Source: Fimbriimonadales bacterium
Lineage (GTDB): Bacteria; Armatimonadota; Fimbriimonadia; Fimbriimonadales; ATM1
Length of the DNA stretch: 64,000 bases
Assembly: GCA_041744215.1 (NCBI GenBank)
Contig: JBGTLG010000041.1
Coordinates: 32,001-96,000, forward strand
Reading direction: 5' to 3'
The notes beneath the pieces were generated by a model that made no database searches, had not been told where the DNA came from, and saw nothing but the letters and a program-made list of their open reading frames with translations. Position numbers and translations under genes: made by a program. Each line of letters starts with the position of its first letter. Within the stretch, counting starts at the first letter, position 1. Shown here piece by piece: positions 10,308-19,143 of the stretch.

Positions 10308-11495
10308 TCAACTCCCCTTTAACTTCGAATACAGCAGCGACGACATTCCGTGCGTTTGGACCATGCCAGTCATCGCATTTTGATCAAAGGAAGAATCGTC
10401 GAAACTCGCGTCCGCCTCTGAATACAAAGCCCACGGACTCTGCCTTCCGATCACCGTCATAGAGCCCTTGTACAGTTTCACGCGGACGATGCCTTCGACT
10501 CGCGATTGGATTTGCTGAGCGAACGCCATCAGATCTTCAAACAGAGGATCGCCCCAAAGCCCCTTGTAAACCAAATCGGCCCATTCGACATCTACCAGTT
10601 GCTTGAAGCGCCTTTCGTGCGGCGCGCAAACCAGCGATTCCAAAGCCTTGTGCGCCCCAATCAGCAGCACTGCTCCGGGACACTCGTAGTTCTCGCGTAC
10701 CTTCAGGCCGATCATTCGGTCTTCCATCATATCAATGCGACCCACTCCATTCGTACCGGCGATCTTGTTGCATTGCGAAATCAAATCCAAAGCATTCAGC
10801 TTTTTCCCATCGAGTGAAATCGGCTTGCCGCATTGAAAACCTATCTCGACGATTGTGGGTTGATCAGGGGCGCTTTCTGGCGCGAGAGTCCATTGGAAAA
10901 TCTCCTCTGGAGGTTCATGATTCGGGTCTTCGAGCTTTCCGCCCTCGATGCTCCGCCCCCACAGGTTTTCGTCGATCGACCAGATTTTGTTTTTCGATTG
11001 CGCGATCGGAGCGCCAACCTTTTCCGCGTACTCGATCTCTTCGCTTCGCGTCCAGTTTTTTTCACGGACAATCGCACGAATCTGGATGCCGGGCGCAAAC
11101 TGCCTTAGCCCGTATTCGATTCGGAACTGGTCGTTGCCTTTGCCGGTGCATCCATGAACGATGGCGTCGAAAGGCCCGTTTTCCTTCGCTATTCGCGCGG
11201 CCTCGAGTGCGATGAGCGGCCTCGCGATTGCCGTTGAGAGCGGATACCCATAGTAGTCGGCGTTGAATGCGATCGCTGGCATGCAGTAGTCGCTTGCGAA
11301 CGCCGCTTTCGCGTCCACAACGGTGTGCTTCGTTCCCATGAACTCTGCACGCTCAGTGGCCTGATCAATGTCCGCCGACGGCTGACCGACATCCACCGTC
11401 ACCGTATGGACTTCGTCGTAGCCCTCTTCTTTCAGAACCGGAACGCAGACGGTGGTATCGAGTCCACCGCTATAAACAACCAGAGCCTTCTTCAT
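10308..11495 (-). CDS. argG: Argininosuccinate synthase
   Basis: YSGGLDT, HGCTGKGNDQ.R, SIDENLWGRS.EGG. Confidence 0.95.
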   Translation of the reverse strand: MKKALVVYSGGLDTTVCVPVLKEEGYDEVHTVTVDVGQPSADIDQATERAEFMGTKHTVVDAKAAFASDYCMPAIAFNADYYGYPLSTAIARPLIALEAARIAKENGPFDAIVHGCTGKGNDQFRIEYGLRQFAPGIQIRAIVREKNWTRSEEIEYAEKVGAPIAQSKNKIWSIDENLWGRSIEGGKLEDPNHEPPEEIFQWTLAPESAPDQPTIVEIGFQCGKPISLDGKKLNALDLISQCNKIAGTNGVGRIDMMEDRMIGLKVRENYECPGAVLLIGAHKALESLVCAPHERRFKQLVDVEWADLVYKGLWGDPLFEDLMAFAQQIQSRVEGIVRVKLYKGSMTVIGRQSPWALYSEADASFDDSSFDQNAMTGMVQTHGMSSLLYSKLKGS

Positions 11496-12469
11496 TCAAA
11501 AACGCCATCCATGATCAGCTTCATCAGTGATTTTTGCGCATGGAGGCGGTTCTCTGCTTGATCGAATACAACGGATTGCTGGCCGTCGATCACTCCGTCG
11601 GTCACTTCCAGGCCGCGCCGTGCGGGGAGACAGTGGAGGAAGATCGCTTTACTATTCGCCAGAGACATCAACTTTTCATCGACCTGGTACTTTGCGAAGC
11701 GCGCTTTGCGCTCTTCCTCTTCGCTTTCTTGCCCCATGCTCACCCACACGTCGGTGTACACGGCGTCTGCACCGGTGACCGCAACCGTTGGGTCGTAGAC
11801 TTGCGAAACGTTAGCGTACGAGTAGCAGTGATCTGCCGCTTCGTACCCGGGCGGCGTGCAGATCGCAACTTCGTGTCCGAGCATCGCTGCCGTCACAGCG
11901 AAACTGTTTGCGACATTGTTCCCGTCACCGATGTAAACGAGTTTCTTGGGAGCAGTCCCCAGATGTTCTTCAACGGTCAGCAGATCAGCGAGCGCTTGGC
12001 ATGGATGATCAAGGTTGGTGAGCGCATTGATCACTGGGACGGTGGAATGCTTCGCGAGTTCAACCAGCGTCTCGTGGGAATTGAGGCGAGCGACGATCAT
12101 GGCGGACCACCTGCTCAGATTTTGCGCGACATCGGAGATGCTCTCGCGATTCCCCATGTCGATGTCGTTCTTGGTGAGATAGATCGCATGTCCACCGAGC
12201 TCCACCATCGCTGTTTCGAATGTGAAACGGGTGCGAAGCGACTGCTTTTCGAAAATCATCGCCAGGACGCGATTCTCTTGCCGGTGAACTTGCTTTGGCG
12301 CGAAATTGCGGTCGTACTTCAAGACTTTTGCCAGGTCAAGTACGAGACGCACTTGCGAAGGCGACAGGTCAGCGCTGGTTAAGACATGTTTCGGCGCGAT
12401 TTTTGGCAGCTCAACGCTGGCAACCGCAAAGAGCGGCTGTTGCTGCGAATACGATTGGAGTTGGTACAT
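11492..12469 (-). CDS. argF: Ornithine carbamoyltransferase (start set at ATG 12469 after SD AAGGA)
   Basis: FEKQSLRTR, HPCQALAD, GDGNNVA, YTDVWVSMG, HCLP, QAENR. Confidence 0.9.
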   Translation of the reverse strand: MYQLQSYSQQQPLFAVASVELPKIAPKHVLTSADLSPSQVRLVLDLAKVLKYDRNFAPKQVHRQENRVLAMIFEKQSLRTRFTFETAMVELGGHAIYLTKNDIDMGNRESISDVAQNLSRWSAMIVARLNSHETLVELAKHSTVPVINALTNLDHPCQALADLLTVEEHLGTAPKKLVYIGDGNNVANSFAVTAAMLGHEVAICTPPGYEAADHCYSYANVSQVYDPTVAVTGADAVYTDVWVSMGQESEEEERKARFAKYQVDEKLMSLANSKAIFLHCLPARRGLEVTDGVIDGQQSVVFDQAENRLHAQKSLMKLIMDGVFE

Positions 12470-12587
12470 TCTCTGAGTCCTTGCTTTGGGGGAAGCGGCG
12501 CGCGCCAGGCGCAAGACGGCGATTTGTCTTTTGCGGGGTTTCGCGGGATCTCGCGTGGCAGCGGCGACCTTCCTTAGGGCGAAACCC

Positions 12588-12686
12588 CTAAGCTCGGACT
12601 CGTCGGCCTCGGGTGGCCGGACGCGACGGCGCGCCGCGGAATCTTCCGCCGTTAGCGCTAACTAGTCCAAGTCCGGTGTTTGCCAC
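12588..12686 (-). CDS. Putative Arg-rich leader peptide (32 aa) of the argFGH operon
   Basis: GTG...TAG: MANTGLGLVSANGGRFRGAPSRPATRGRRVRA; 7 Arg codons, 4 of them CGA in the last 7 sense codons; begins just after TATAAT at 12706-12701. Confidence 0.6.
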   Translation of the reverse strand: MANTGLGLVSANGGRFRGAPSRPATRGRRVRA

Positions 12687-12700
12687 GAGAATGAAGTGTG

Positions 12701-12706
12701 ATTATA
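12701..12706 (-). promoter_or_regulatory. -10 element (TATAAT) of the arg operon leader
   Basis: Perfect TATAAT (GGGTATAAT) 14 nt upstream of the leader-peptide GTG. Confidence 0.6.
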
Positions 12707-12853
12707 CCCGATTGTCGGTCGAACTGTCGATAGCCTTAGCCATTGGAACGGATGGGGCTGCACTCTTACTGTTCGGCCTTGCGATCCATAGACCTCGCTG
12801 CCGACGCGACCGCACTCGGCGGGGTGCGCGAGGAAGCCCTGGTCTCGGGTCGG

Positions 12854-13159
12854 CTAATGCAGAGCGTCGCACAGGCGTGCGACCTCTTCGATCGACAGCT
12901 CTCCTGAGTCCACGAAAGGTTGGAGCTTTGCGGCGACGTCTGGAAAGGTCGGGGACGAAAATTCGCAAAGCGGGAGGTTCGGCGAATCAAGTTCGACGAG
13001 GGTGACCCGGTAGCCTGACGTTTTGTCCGAAACTTCGCGAACACCGACACCTCTCTCGATTAAGTCGTGGACCGATGTAAACACTCCGGTCACATGGCTC
13101 TTGCCAGCCTCGTCGAACTGTTCTGTAACCCAATAGATTCTTCGAAATCTCATGCTCAT
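12854..13159 (-). CDS. Hypothetical protein (~101 aa)
   Basis: ATGA overlap with the stop of the upstream peptidase; protein-like sequence MSMRFRRIYWVTEQ... Confidence 0.7.
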   Translation of the reverse strand: MSMRFRRIYWVTEQFDEAGKSHVTGVFTSVHDLIERGVGVREVSDKTSGYRVTLVELDSPNLPLCEFSSPTFPDVAAKLQPFVDSGELSIEEVARLCDALH

Positions 13160-15234
13160 TTTCGCTTCCTGACTGTCTTCGTCGATGCCTTTGCAGTGGA
13201 GAGATGCTCCTTCCACCACCTCAGAATCTCATTGAGGCGGTGAATTCGGAGATCCGGGGGGCCACTTCGGCTCATGCCGTGGCTCGTTGAGGAAGGATAT
13301 CTTACGAACCTGGTTTGAACGCCCAGCACCTTGAGCGCCGTGAACACTTGTTCGCCCTGTTCCACATTGCACCTTAGATCGCCCTCGCTGTGAATGACCA
13401 GCGTCGGCGTCTTGCAGTTCCCGATGTACCTGATCGGGCTCGAGTTCCACAAATGTTCAGGCTCGCTCCAAGCGTTGCCCTTCCAATATCGATCTGGCAT
13501 AAATGGGAAGTCGCTATTTAGCGCCATGCTCAGCATATTGCTGACGCATCTGTCAGTTATTGCGCCCGAAAACTCGTTGGTGTGGCCTATCACCCAGTTC
13601 GTCATGAATCCGCCGTAGCTCCCGCCCATCACACCCATGCGCTTTACGTCAACGTATGGGCGTGATTTCATGAATGCTGTGACGCCTTGGATGTCGATCC
13701 AATCGACATTCCCCCAGTCGCCCTTGATCGCATTGCAAAACGCTTCTCCATAACCCTTGCTTCCGCGCGGGTTGCTAAAGAACACCGCGTAGCCAGCTGA
13801 AGCGAGCACCTGGAATTCGTGGAAGTATGGAACGCCGTATTGCGCGTGTGGACCGCCATGAACTTCCAGCACCGCGGGGAGTTTGCCGGTTTTGTGTTTT
13901 GGAGGAAGCATCACCCAAACCTGCACCTTAGTTCCATCGCTCGACGTGATCCAGTGCATTTGCGGTTTGGAAAGCTCCAACTTCGAAAGGGTGTCTTTGT
14001 TTAGTGATGTAAGTTGCTTCACATCCGCTGAAGTCAATGAAATCTTTGCGACACCGATCTCTGATGGCAATAGTGCGTGTCCAGTGGTAACCGCCGCCAG
14101 CTTCCCATCGTCCGAGAGATTGCCGAAGGTGATTTCGGTCGCGCCGCTCGTGAGGAACTTGAGTTTCCCGCCTGTTATGTCGAGCGCTGCAAGATGCACT
14201 TCCCCGTGCCAGCCGATTTGCAATATCAGCCGTTTTGAGTCGGGAGACCAACAATAGTTCGATCCATAGCCCGCATCGCGAGTGTCGCTCAGCGTCCCGA
14301 CAGAAACGCAGTAATCCTCGCTCCCAGTCAAATCTCGCGCGCCGCCTCTTTTCGCGTCAATGACATACATCCTGTCATTGAGCGCGCTCCACAAGTCCTC
14401 CCGTCCTTCTACGCCGCTATAGGCGATCCACTTCCCGTCCGGCGACCACCTTGGATTGCTTTTCCCTCCATCCGGCTGGTTGGCGATCTCCGTGTGTTTT
14501 CCAGTCTTGGCATCAACCCGATACAGCCGCGACCTCCATGGTTTGAACAATGGGTTTCGATCAAGATTTGCGGCGACCACGAGTTCTTTCGAATCTGGAG
14601 ACCAGTCGAATTCAATCCATCCGAGCGGATCCTTGTCGAAGAGCCTCCTGTGCTCACCGCTCTGTGTGTCAACGACGTAAAGATGGTGTCTCTGTGCATT
14701 GAAGTACCCATCGCCGTCGAGCCTGTACCAGTAATCGTCGATCACCCGCGCTGGTGTGCTGAGCCCTTTTTCCTCGCGATCTTTCTTCGCTTTCTCCGTC
14801 CATTCCGGATCCGCTTCGCGAAAGGTGAAGGCTATCATCTTGCCATCCGGCGACCACTTGAACCCTCCAATCGCTCCTTCCGGCAACGACGTTAGCTTCG
14901 CTGCTTCTCCTCCGGACGCCTCAATGCAATAGATTTGCGGGTTTGGTTTTTCACGACCGCTGATCAGAGCAATTCTGCGACCATCATGCGACCATCTTCC
15001 GTGGCCATCTTTGCCTCCTTGCGTGAACGGACGAGGCTCGCCACCGGATACGTCCGCGATCCAGAGATTGGAAACGTAGTCGTTCTTTTCTCCGACGTGC
15101 TTTCTGGTGAAGAGGACTTTGCTGCCGTCGGGAGAGATTTGCGGATCAGAGACGAGCTTGTAAAGGAGTAAGTCTTCGGGGAGGACAGGGCGCTTGCCAG
15201 TTGAACGCTTGGGCGCCGGGGAGGGCTTTTTCAT
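13156..15234 (-). CDS. S9 family serine peptidase with PD40/beta-propeller domain
   Basis: WSPDG repeats, HGGPH, GGSYGG nucleophile, D(LRC) and H catalytic residues; start chosen at MKKPSP. Confidence 0.9.
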   Translation of the reverse strand: MKKPSPAPKRSTGKRPVLPEDLLLYKLVSDPQISPDGSKVLFTRKHVGEKNDYVSNLWIADVSGGEPRPFTQGGKDGHGRWSHDGRRIALISGREKPNPQIYCIEASGGEAAKLTSLPEGAIGGFKWSPDGKMIAFTFREADPEWTEKAKKDREEKGLSTPARVIDDYWYRLDGDGYFNAQRHHLYVVDTQSGEHRRLFDKDPLGWIEFDWSPDSKELVVAANLDRNPLFKPWRSRLYRVDAKTGKHTEIANQPDGGKSNPRWSPDGKWIAYSGVEGREDLWSALNDRMYVIDAKRGGARDLTGSEDYCVSVGTLSDTRDAGYGSNYCWSPDSKRLILQIGWHGEVHLAALDITGGKLKFLTSGATEITFGNLSDDGKLAAVTTGHALLPSEIGVAKISLTSADVKQLTSLNKDTLSKLELSKPQMHWITSSDGTKVQVWVMLPPKHKTGKLPAVLEVHGGPHAQYGVPYFHEFQVLASAGYAVFFSNPRGSKGYGEAFCNAIKGDWGNVDWIDIQGVTAFMKSRPYVDVKRMGVMGGSYGGFMTNWVIGHTNEFSGAITDRCVSNMLSMALNSDFPFMPDRYWKGNAWSEPEHLWNSSPIRYIGNCKTPTLVIHSEGDLRCNVEQGEQVFTALKVLGVQTRFVRYPSSTSHGMSRSGPPDLRIHRLNEILRWWKEHLSTAKASTKTVRKRK

Positions 15235-15290
15235 CGACTGCTGTTTTACCCGCGCAGCAGCGTCCACTTGATCGAACGTAGGGGTACATC

Positions 15291-15737
15291 CTACGTCGGA
15301 AGGTAAGGGAAGAAAGTGCGATCCAGGCCGCCAAGCACCACTCGCCACTCGCCGTCGATTCGTCTCAGCGGCACACTGACAACTTCCCCCTCTCGTCCTT
15401 GGAAGTCGCGGAACACCAGCAGGACGATCTTCACAACTTGCTCGTCATCACTCACACGTTCCGTGCCCATGAACTGCCACAAGAAGACGAAGTTCTTGGC
15501 ACCTCGGTTGACACAGAAGTCCCATTGGTCTCGCAGCGGAGGGTCGGGGTTTTCAAGGTAGCTCAGTTCTGCAAGGCGATCCACGTCTTTCGTCGCAAGG
15601 GCCTCCATGAACTCCTGCGCGGCGCCTGCAGCAGTTTGGGTGCTTGAGAACAGCAAAAACACGACGGCTAGCAATCCAAGAACGCCAGTTACGACGATGA
15701 TGTTGACGCTGGATCCACCCTGCTGAAATTTGCTCAT
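15291..15737 (-). CDS. Hypothetical membrane-anchored protein
   Basis: N-terminal hydrophobic segment; NTF2-like 'FMEAL...D...GEWRV' pattern. Confidence 0.6.
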   Translation of the reverse strand: MSKFQQGGSSVNIIVVTGVLGLLAVVFLLFSSTQTAAGAAQEFMEALATKDVDRLAELSYLENPDPPLRDQWDFCVNRGAKNFVFLWQFMGTERVSDDEQVVKIVLLVFRDFQGREGEVVSVPLRRIDGEWRVVLGGLDRTFFPYLPT

Positions 15738-15747
15738 TTTCGACATC

Positions 15748-16152
15748 CTAAACTGGCCATCCGCGAAGCCGCGCGCTGCCAACTACATCTACGTACCACC
15801 GGCGACCGACCTTACCCAACGCCCACAGCGTTCGGTCAACTCGATTTGGGGGGAACCGCACGTCCACCACAGCAATTCGCCGATCTCCCTCGCCCAGGAT
15901 CTCGACCACCTCGTAGACCCCTCGGGCACGCAAGTTGAGAAAGACCTCGGCCGCGAGTTGGTCGAGGACTGGCCCAGCCTCGTTTGCCCCTGCCTCGATC
16001 GCCTTCGCGTGATCACCTTTCGCTACGGCCAGAACGAACCTCCGCAATGCCCCCTCGGGCCCGTTGAACTGATTCCGCGAGAAGACCGCGATCGTCATCG
16101 TTGCGAGGACGACGGAGGTGAGGATTCCAGTGATCGTGGTTGAGCCACGCAT
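15748..16152 (-). CDS. Hypothetical exported protein
   Basis: N-terminal hydrophobic segment; 'PEGALRRFVLAV..GD...RWYV', similar in style to the neighbouring gene. Confidence 0.6.
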   Translation of the reverse strand: MRGSTTITGILTSVVLATMTIAVFSRNQFNGPEGALRRFVLAVAKGDHAKAIEAGANEAGPVLDQLAAEVFLNLRARGVYEVVEILGEGDRRIAVVDVRFPPNRVDRTLWALGKVGRRWYVDVVGSARLRGWPV

Positions 16153-16314
16153 GAGGTTGGTGGAGGATACCAGAGGGGTTTATAGGATGGCTCCCAACTG
16201 ATTTTGAATCGTTTTTTCCAGATGCGGGGTATAAAGTTGACGCGCCGCTTGGAATCCAAGGGGCAGCTAACTCCCGGCGACCAGCCGGAGACCATCAGGA
16301 ACGGAGGTGTATCT

Positions 16315-16440
16315 ATGAAACGAATCTTGGCTATTTTTGCGACGATCGCCATCCTTGGTGCCTTTGCGGCCGGTTGCGGCGGCGATGACACCGGCGGAGA
16401 GAATGCGACTCCGCCGCCCGCACAAGGTGGGACCGAGTAA
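16315..16440 (+). CDS. Very small lipoprotein (41 aa)
   Basis: SD GGAGGT; MKRILAIFATIAILGAFAAG-C lipobox followed by a 21-aa mature peptide. Confidence 0.8.
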   Translation: MKRILAIFATIAILGAFAAGCGGDDTGGENATPPPAQGGTE

Positions 16441-16446
16441 GCCTCG

Positions 16447-17115
16447 CTACGAAAGCGATTCGTCTGAGCGCCCGTCGGGTTTCCCGGTGGGCGCTCTGTG
16501 ATTTAACAGCAACGCTTGAGAGGCCGTTCGGGCAGGGACGAAGTCTGGATTGTCACGGACGTACGATTCCAGGCAGGATCCTATCGCCAAGGCCGCCGAA
16601 ACCGCAACGTTTAAGGAAGTGACCATCCCGTACATGGGTATCGCGACGGTCTCATCGCATCTGGCTACGAGCTCCGGCTCTAAACCCTCTAATTCGCGGC
16701 CTAAAACGAGGGCAGCGGGATGCCCCCATTCCATGCCTGGCAGGGGTGTCGCACCTGGTACGAGCGTCAATCCGTAAATGCGGTAGCCGTCCGACCTGGC
16801 GTTATCGATGGCATCCTCCGCAGGTAGCCATTCGACAGGAACCCACTCAATGGCTGCAAAGCAGCCTGAAAAGTCGCGCTCCTTTCGCGGCAATGGGGTG
16901 AAGGAAACGGACTCAACCCGATACGCATCGGCAATCCGAAGAATGTTTCCATGATTTATTCCCTTGTCCAAACCTGAGCAGATGATCCTGATGGGGGCAC
17001 GCGGCAACTCTGTGAATCGAGCCCGTAATCCGGGGTCATCCGCCTCGCGGGAAGCCACCTTGACCACTTCCTCCAGCCTCTTGATCGCCGCCTTCTGGCG
17101 CTTGCTATCGCCCAT
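16447..17115 (-). CDS. TrmH/SpoU family RNA methyltransferase
   Basis: N.GNILRIA, LVLGRELEGL, IPMYGMVTSLNVAVS SPOUT motifs. Confidence 0.88.
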   Translation of the reverse strand: MGDSKRQKAAIKRLEEVVKVASREADDPGLRARFTELPRAPIRIICSGLDKGINHGNILRIADAYRVESVSFTPLPRKERDFSGCFAAIEWVPVEWLPAEDAIDNARSDGYRIYGLTLVPGATPLPGMEWGHPAALVLGRELEGLEPELVARCDETVAIPMYGMVTSLNVAVSAALAIGSCLESYVRDNPDFVPARTASQALLLNHRAPTGKPDGRSDESLS

Positions 17116-17189
17116 ATGAGGATTCTACGGCTGAAACGAGGTGCGAGTGGGATTCGTAAACGTCATGTACAATTGGAGCGGAAAAATCT

Positions 17190-17750
17190 ATGGGTACTGG
17201 TCTAGTCATTTTCATTGTTGCAGTAGTGCTGCTGCTCGTCGTGGTGGTGGTCCTTTACAACGGCCTGGTCGGCGCGCGACAGCAGGTCAACAACGCCTGG
17301 AGTCAGATCGACGTGCAGTTGCGGCGGCGCTACGATCTGATTCCCAACCTCGTCGAGACCGTGAAGGGCTACATGAAGTTTGAGCAGGAGACGCTCGAAA
17401 AGGTCATGATGGCGCGTTCGGCAGCCATGGACGCCCAGGGCGTTCGCCAGCAAGCGTCGGCGGAGTCGGCTCTAACGAAGGCGCTGGGCGGGCTGTACGC
17501 CGTTGCGGAGAACTATCCTGATCTGAAGGCGAGCGAGAACATGCAGACGCTCCAGGAGGAACTCAGCACGACTGAGAACAAGATCGCCTATGCGCGGCAG
17601 TTCTATAACGACTCCGTGATGAGCTACAACACCAAGCGAGAGACTTTCCCCTCGAACATCATCGCTCAGATGTTCAACTTCAAGTCACGGGATATGTTCG
17701 AGATTGACCTTCCGGAAGCGAGAGAGCCGGTTAAGGTCGAGTTCACGTAG
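17190..17750 (+). CDS. lemA: LemA family protein
   Basis: TM anchor, [33 protein letters not shown]. Confidence 0.93.
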   Translation: MGTGLVIFIVAVVLLLVVVVVLYNGLVGARQQVNNAWSQIDVQLRRRYDLIPNLVETVKGYMKFEQETLEKVMMARSAAMDAQGVRQQASAESALTKALGGLYAVAENYPDLKASENMQTLQEELSTTENKIAYARQFYNDSVMSYNTKRETFPSNIIAQMFNFKSRDMFEIDLPEAREPVKVEFT

Positions 17751-17758
17751 GCACCTAG

Positions 17759-18739
17759 GTGCGTAAAAGCTTCTGGGACGAAATCGCCTCCAATACTCGC
17801 GCCACGTTCATCTTGGTGCTGTTGATGGAGGCGATCCTGTTTGGGGTCGGGGCCGGCATCACCTATTTCGTGGATCCCCAGTTTTGGTGGCTGGGCGGCA
17901 CAGGTGCAGTTGTCGTCGGGCTGATCTACGTTGCTCTGCTTCCGAAGAATGGCGCTTCGATGCTCCTGAAGATGATGGGGGCGCGCGAAGCGAGTGAGCA
18001 GGAGAACCGAGTTCTGCTCAACGTCGCCCACGAGATGAGCATCGCCGCAGGCATTCCCATGCCCGCAGTTTATGTCATCGAAGACGGTTCTCCAAACGCG
18101 TTCGCTACGGGCTGGCACCCCCGCGAAGGCGTCGTTTGCTTCACAACCGGGATCATTCAGAAGCTGAATCGCGACGAGCTACAGGGTGTGATGGCACACG
18201 AGATCGCCCATATCCGGAACCACGACACCAAGTTGATGATGACGCTTGCGCTGACGGTCGGCCTCATTACGCTCTTGAGCGATACGTTCACTCGCGGGAT
18301 GTTCCACTCGGGAAGGCGTGGCCGGAGCCGCGATAGTGGGGGAAACTCGATTCTCGCCGTGTTCATCATTTTGTTCGTGATCCTCGCACCTTTCTTCGCT
18401 TTGCTGGTAAAGATGGCGGTAAGCCGAAAGCGTGAGTTTCTCGCAGATGCGAGCGCGGCACAGCTGACGAGGTATCCAGATGGGTTGGCGGACGCCCTCG
18501 AGAAGATCTCCGGAGACCCCGACGTGCTGGAAGCAGCCAATCGGGCGACCATGCACCTTTTCATCGTCAACCCCCTTCACCGGGAGTCGGGCTTGGAGGC
18601 CACGAACGTTTTTGGCACACACCCGCCAACCGGCGAGCGAGTTCGAAGACTGAGGTCAATGGGCTTCGTGGGGCACAGAAAGTCGGATCGGCCTGAGATT
18701 CCGCCCATGCCTGAAATCCCCCTTCAGAAGCGAGATTAG
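17759..18739 (+). CDS. htpX: HtpX-like M48 zinc metalloprotease
   Basis: PNAFATG, HEIAH, SRKREFLAD, THPP..ER; common lemA-htpX pairing. Confidence 0.88.
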   Translation: MRKSFWDEIASNTRATFILVLLMEAILFGVGAGITYFVDPQFWWLGGTGAVVVGLIYVALLPKNGASMLLKMMGAREASEQENRVLLNVAHEMSIAAGIPMPAVYVIEDGSPNAFATGWHPREGVVCFTTGIIQKLNRDELQGVMAHEIAHIRNHDTKLMMTLALTVGLITLLSDTFTRGMFHSGRRGRSRDSGGNSILAVFIILFVILAPFFALLVKMAVSRKREFLADASAAQLTRYPDGLADALEKISGDPDVLEAANRATMHLFIVNPLHRESGLEATNVFGTHPPTGERVRRLRSMGFVGHRKSDRPEIPPMPEIPLQKRD

Positions 18740-18771
18740 GACTGGGACCGGTGGTAGTCTCTCGATTGTTC

Positions 18772-18865
18772 GGGGCCGGCTGGGGGCTGGTGTCTCCTCT
18801 GGTCTTCAAAACCAGTGCGGCGTCGCAAGGCGCTGGGTGGGTTCGATTCCCACACGGTCCCGCCA
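18772..18865 (+). tRNA. selC: tRNA-Sec (anticodon TCA)
   Basis: Extended acceptor stem, 6-bp D-stem with 4-nt loop TGGT, anticodon loop CTTCAAA (TCA at 18806-18808), long variable arm, T-arm GTGGG-TTCGATT-CCCAC, G discriminator and encoded CCA. Confidence 0.95.
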
Positions 18866-18976
18866 TGTTCTTTTGGGTGAGTGTGCGAAGGAGCTTCTCT
18901 CGGAAGAAGGTCCTTGTGGCACACAGGCGCGTATCGGCACGAACCAGGAATAATTACTGGGATTTGCCACGAGGAC

Positions 18977-19003
18977 TAAGGAAAGCCAAGAGTTGACCGA
19001 GAA
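18977..19003 (+). promoter_or_regulatory. sigma28 (FliA)-like promoter
   Basis: TAAG-N15-ACCGAGAA versus consensus TAAA-N15-GCCGATAA, upstream of the flgM-like gene. Confidence 0.55.
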
Positions 19004-19028
19004 TCAGATCAGAGGCAATAGGCCTCTT

Positions 19029-19099
19029 GACAGAAAAGGGCAATCCCCCGTGCGGGGAGCGCAAAGCCACGGGCCGTGAGGCAAGCCGGGTTGCCTGTC
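19029..19099 (+). ncRNA. c-di-GMP-I (GEMM) riboswitch, compact variant
   Basis: P1 GACAG/CTGTC; GGGCAA...P2...GCGCAAAGCC.CGGG..P3..GCCGGGTTGCC follows the class I consensus; G at the Vc2 G20-equivalent position. Confidence 0.8.
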
Positions 19100-19143
19100 T
19101 CGAAGTCAGGCTCGTCCAGGAGCCAAAGGATGGAAAGACAGAC

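Noticed and set aside
11492-12469. N-acetyl/succinyl-ornithine transcarbamylase suggested by the SLRT motif
   Set aside because: The ornithine-binding DVWVSMG and HCLP motifs are those of a canonical OTC.
16255-16290. c-di-AMP (ydaO) riboswitch suggested by CAGCTAACT
   Set aside because: Only this short motif matches; the leader is too short and lacks the other conserved ydaO elements.
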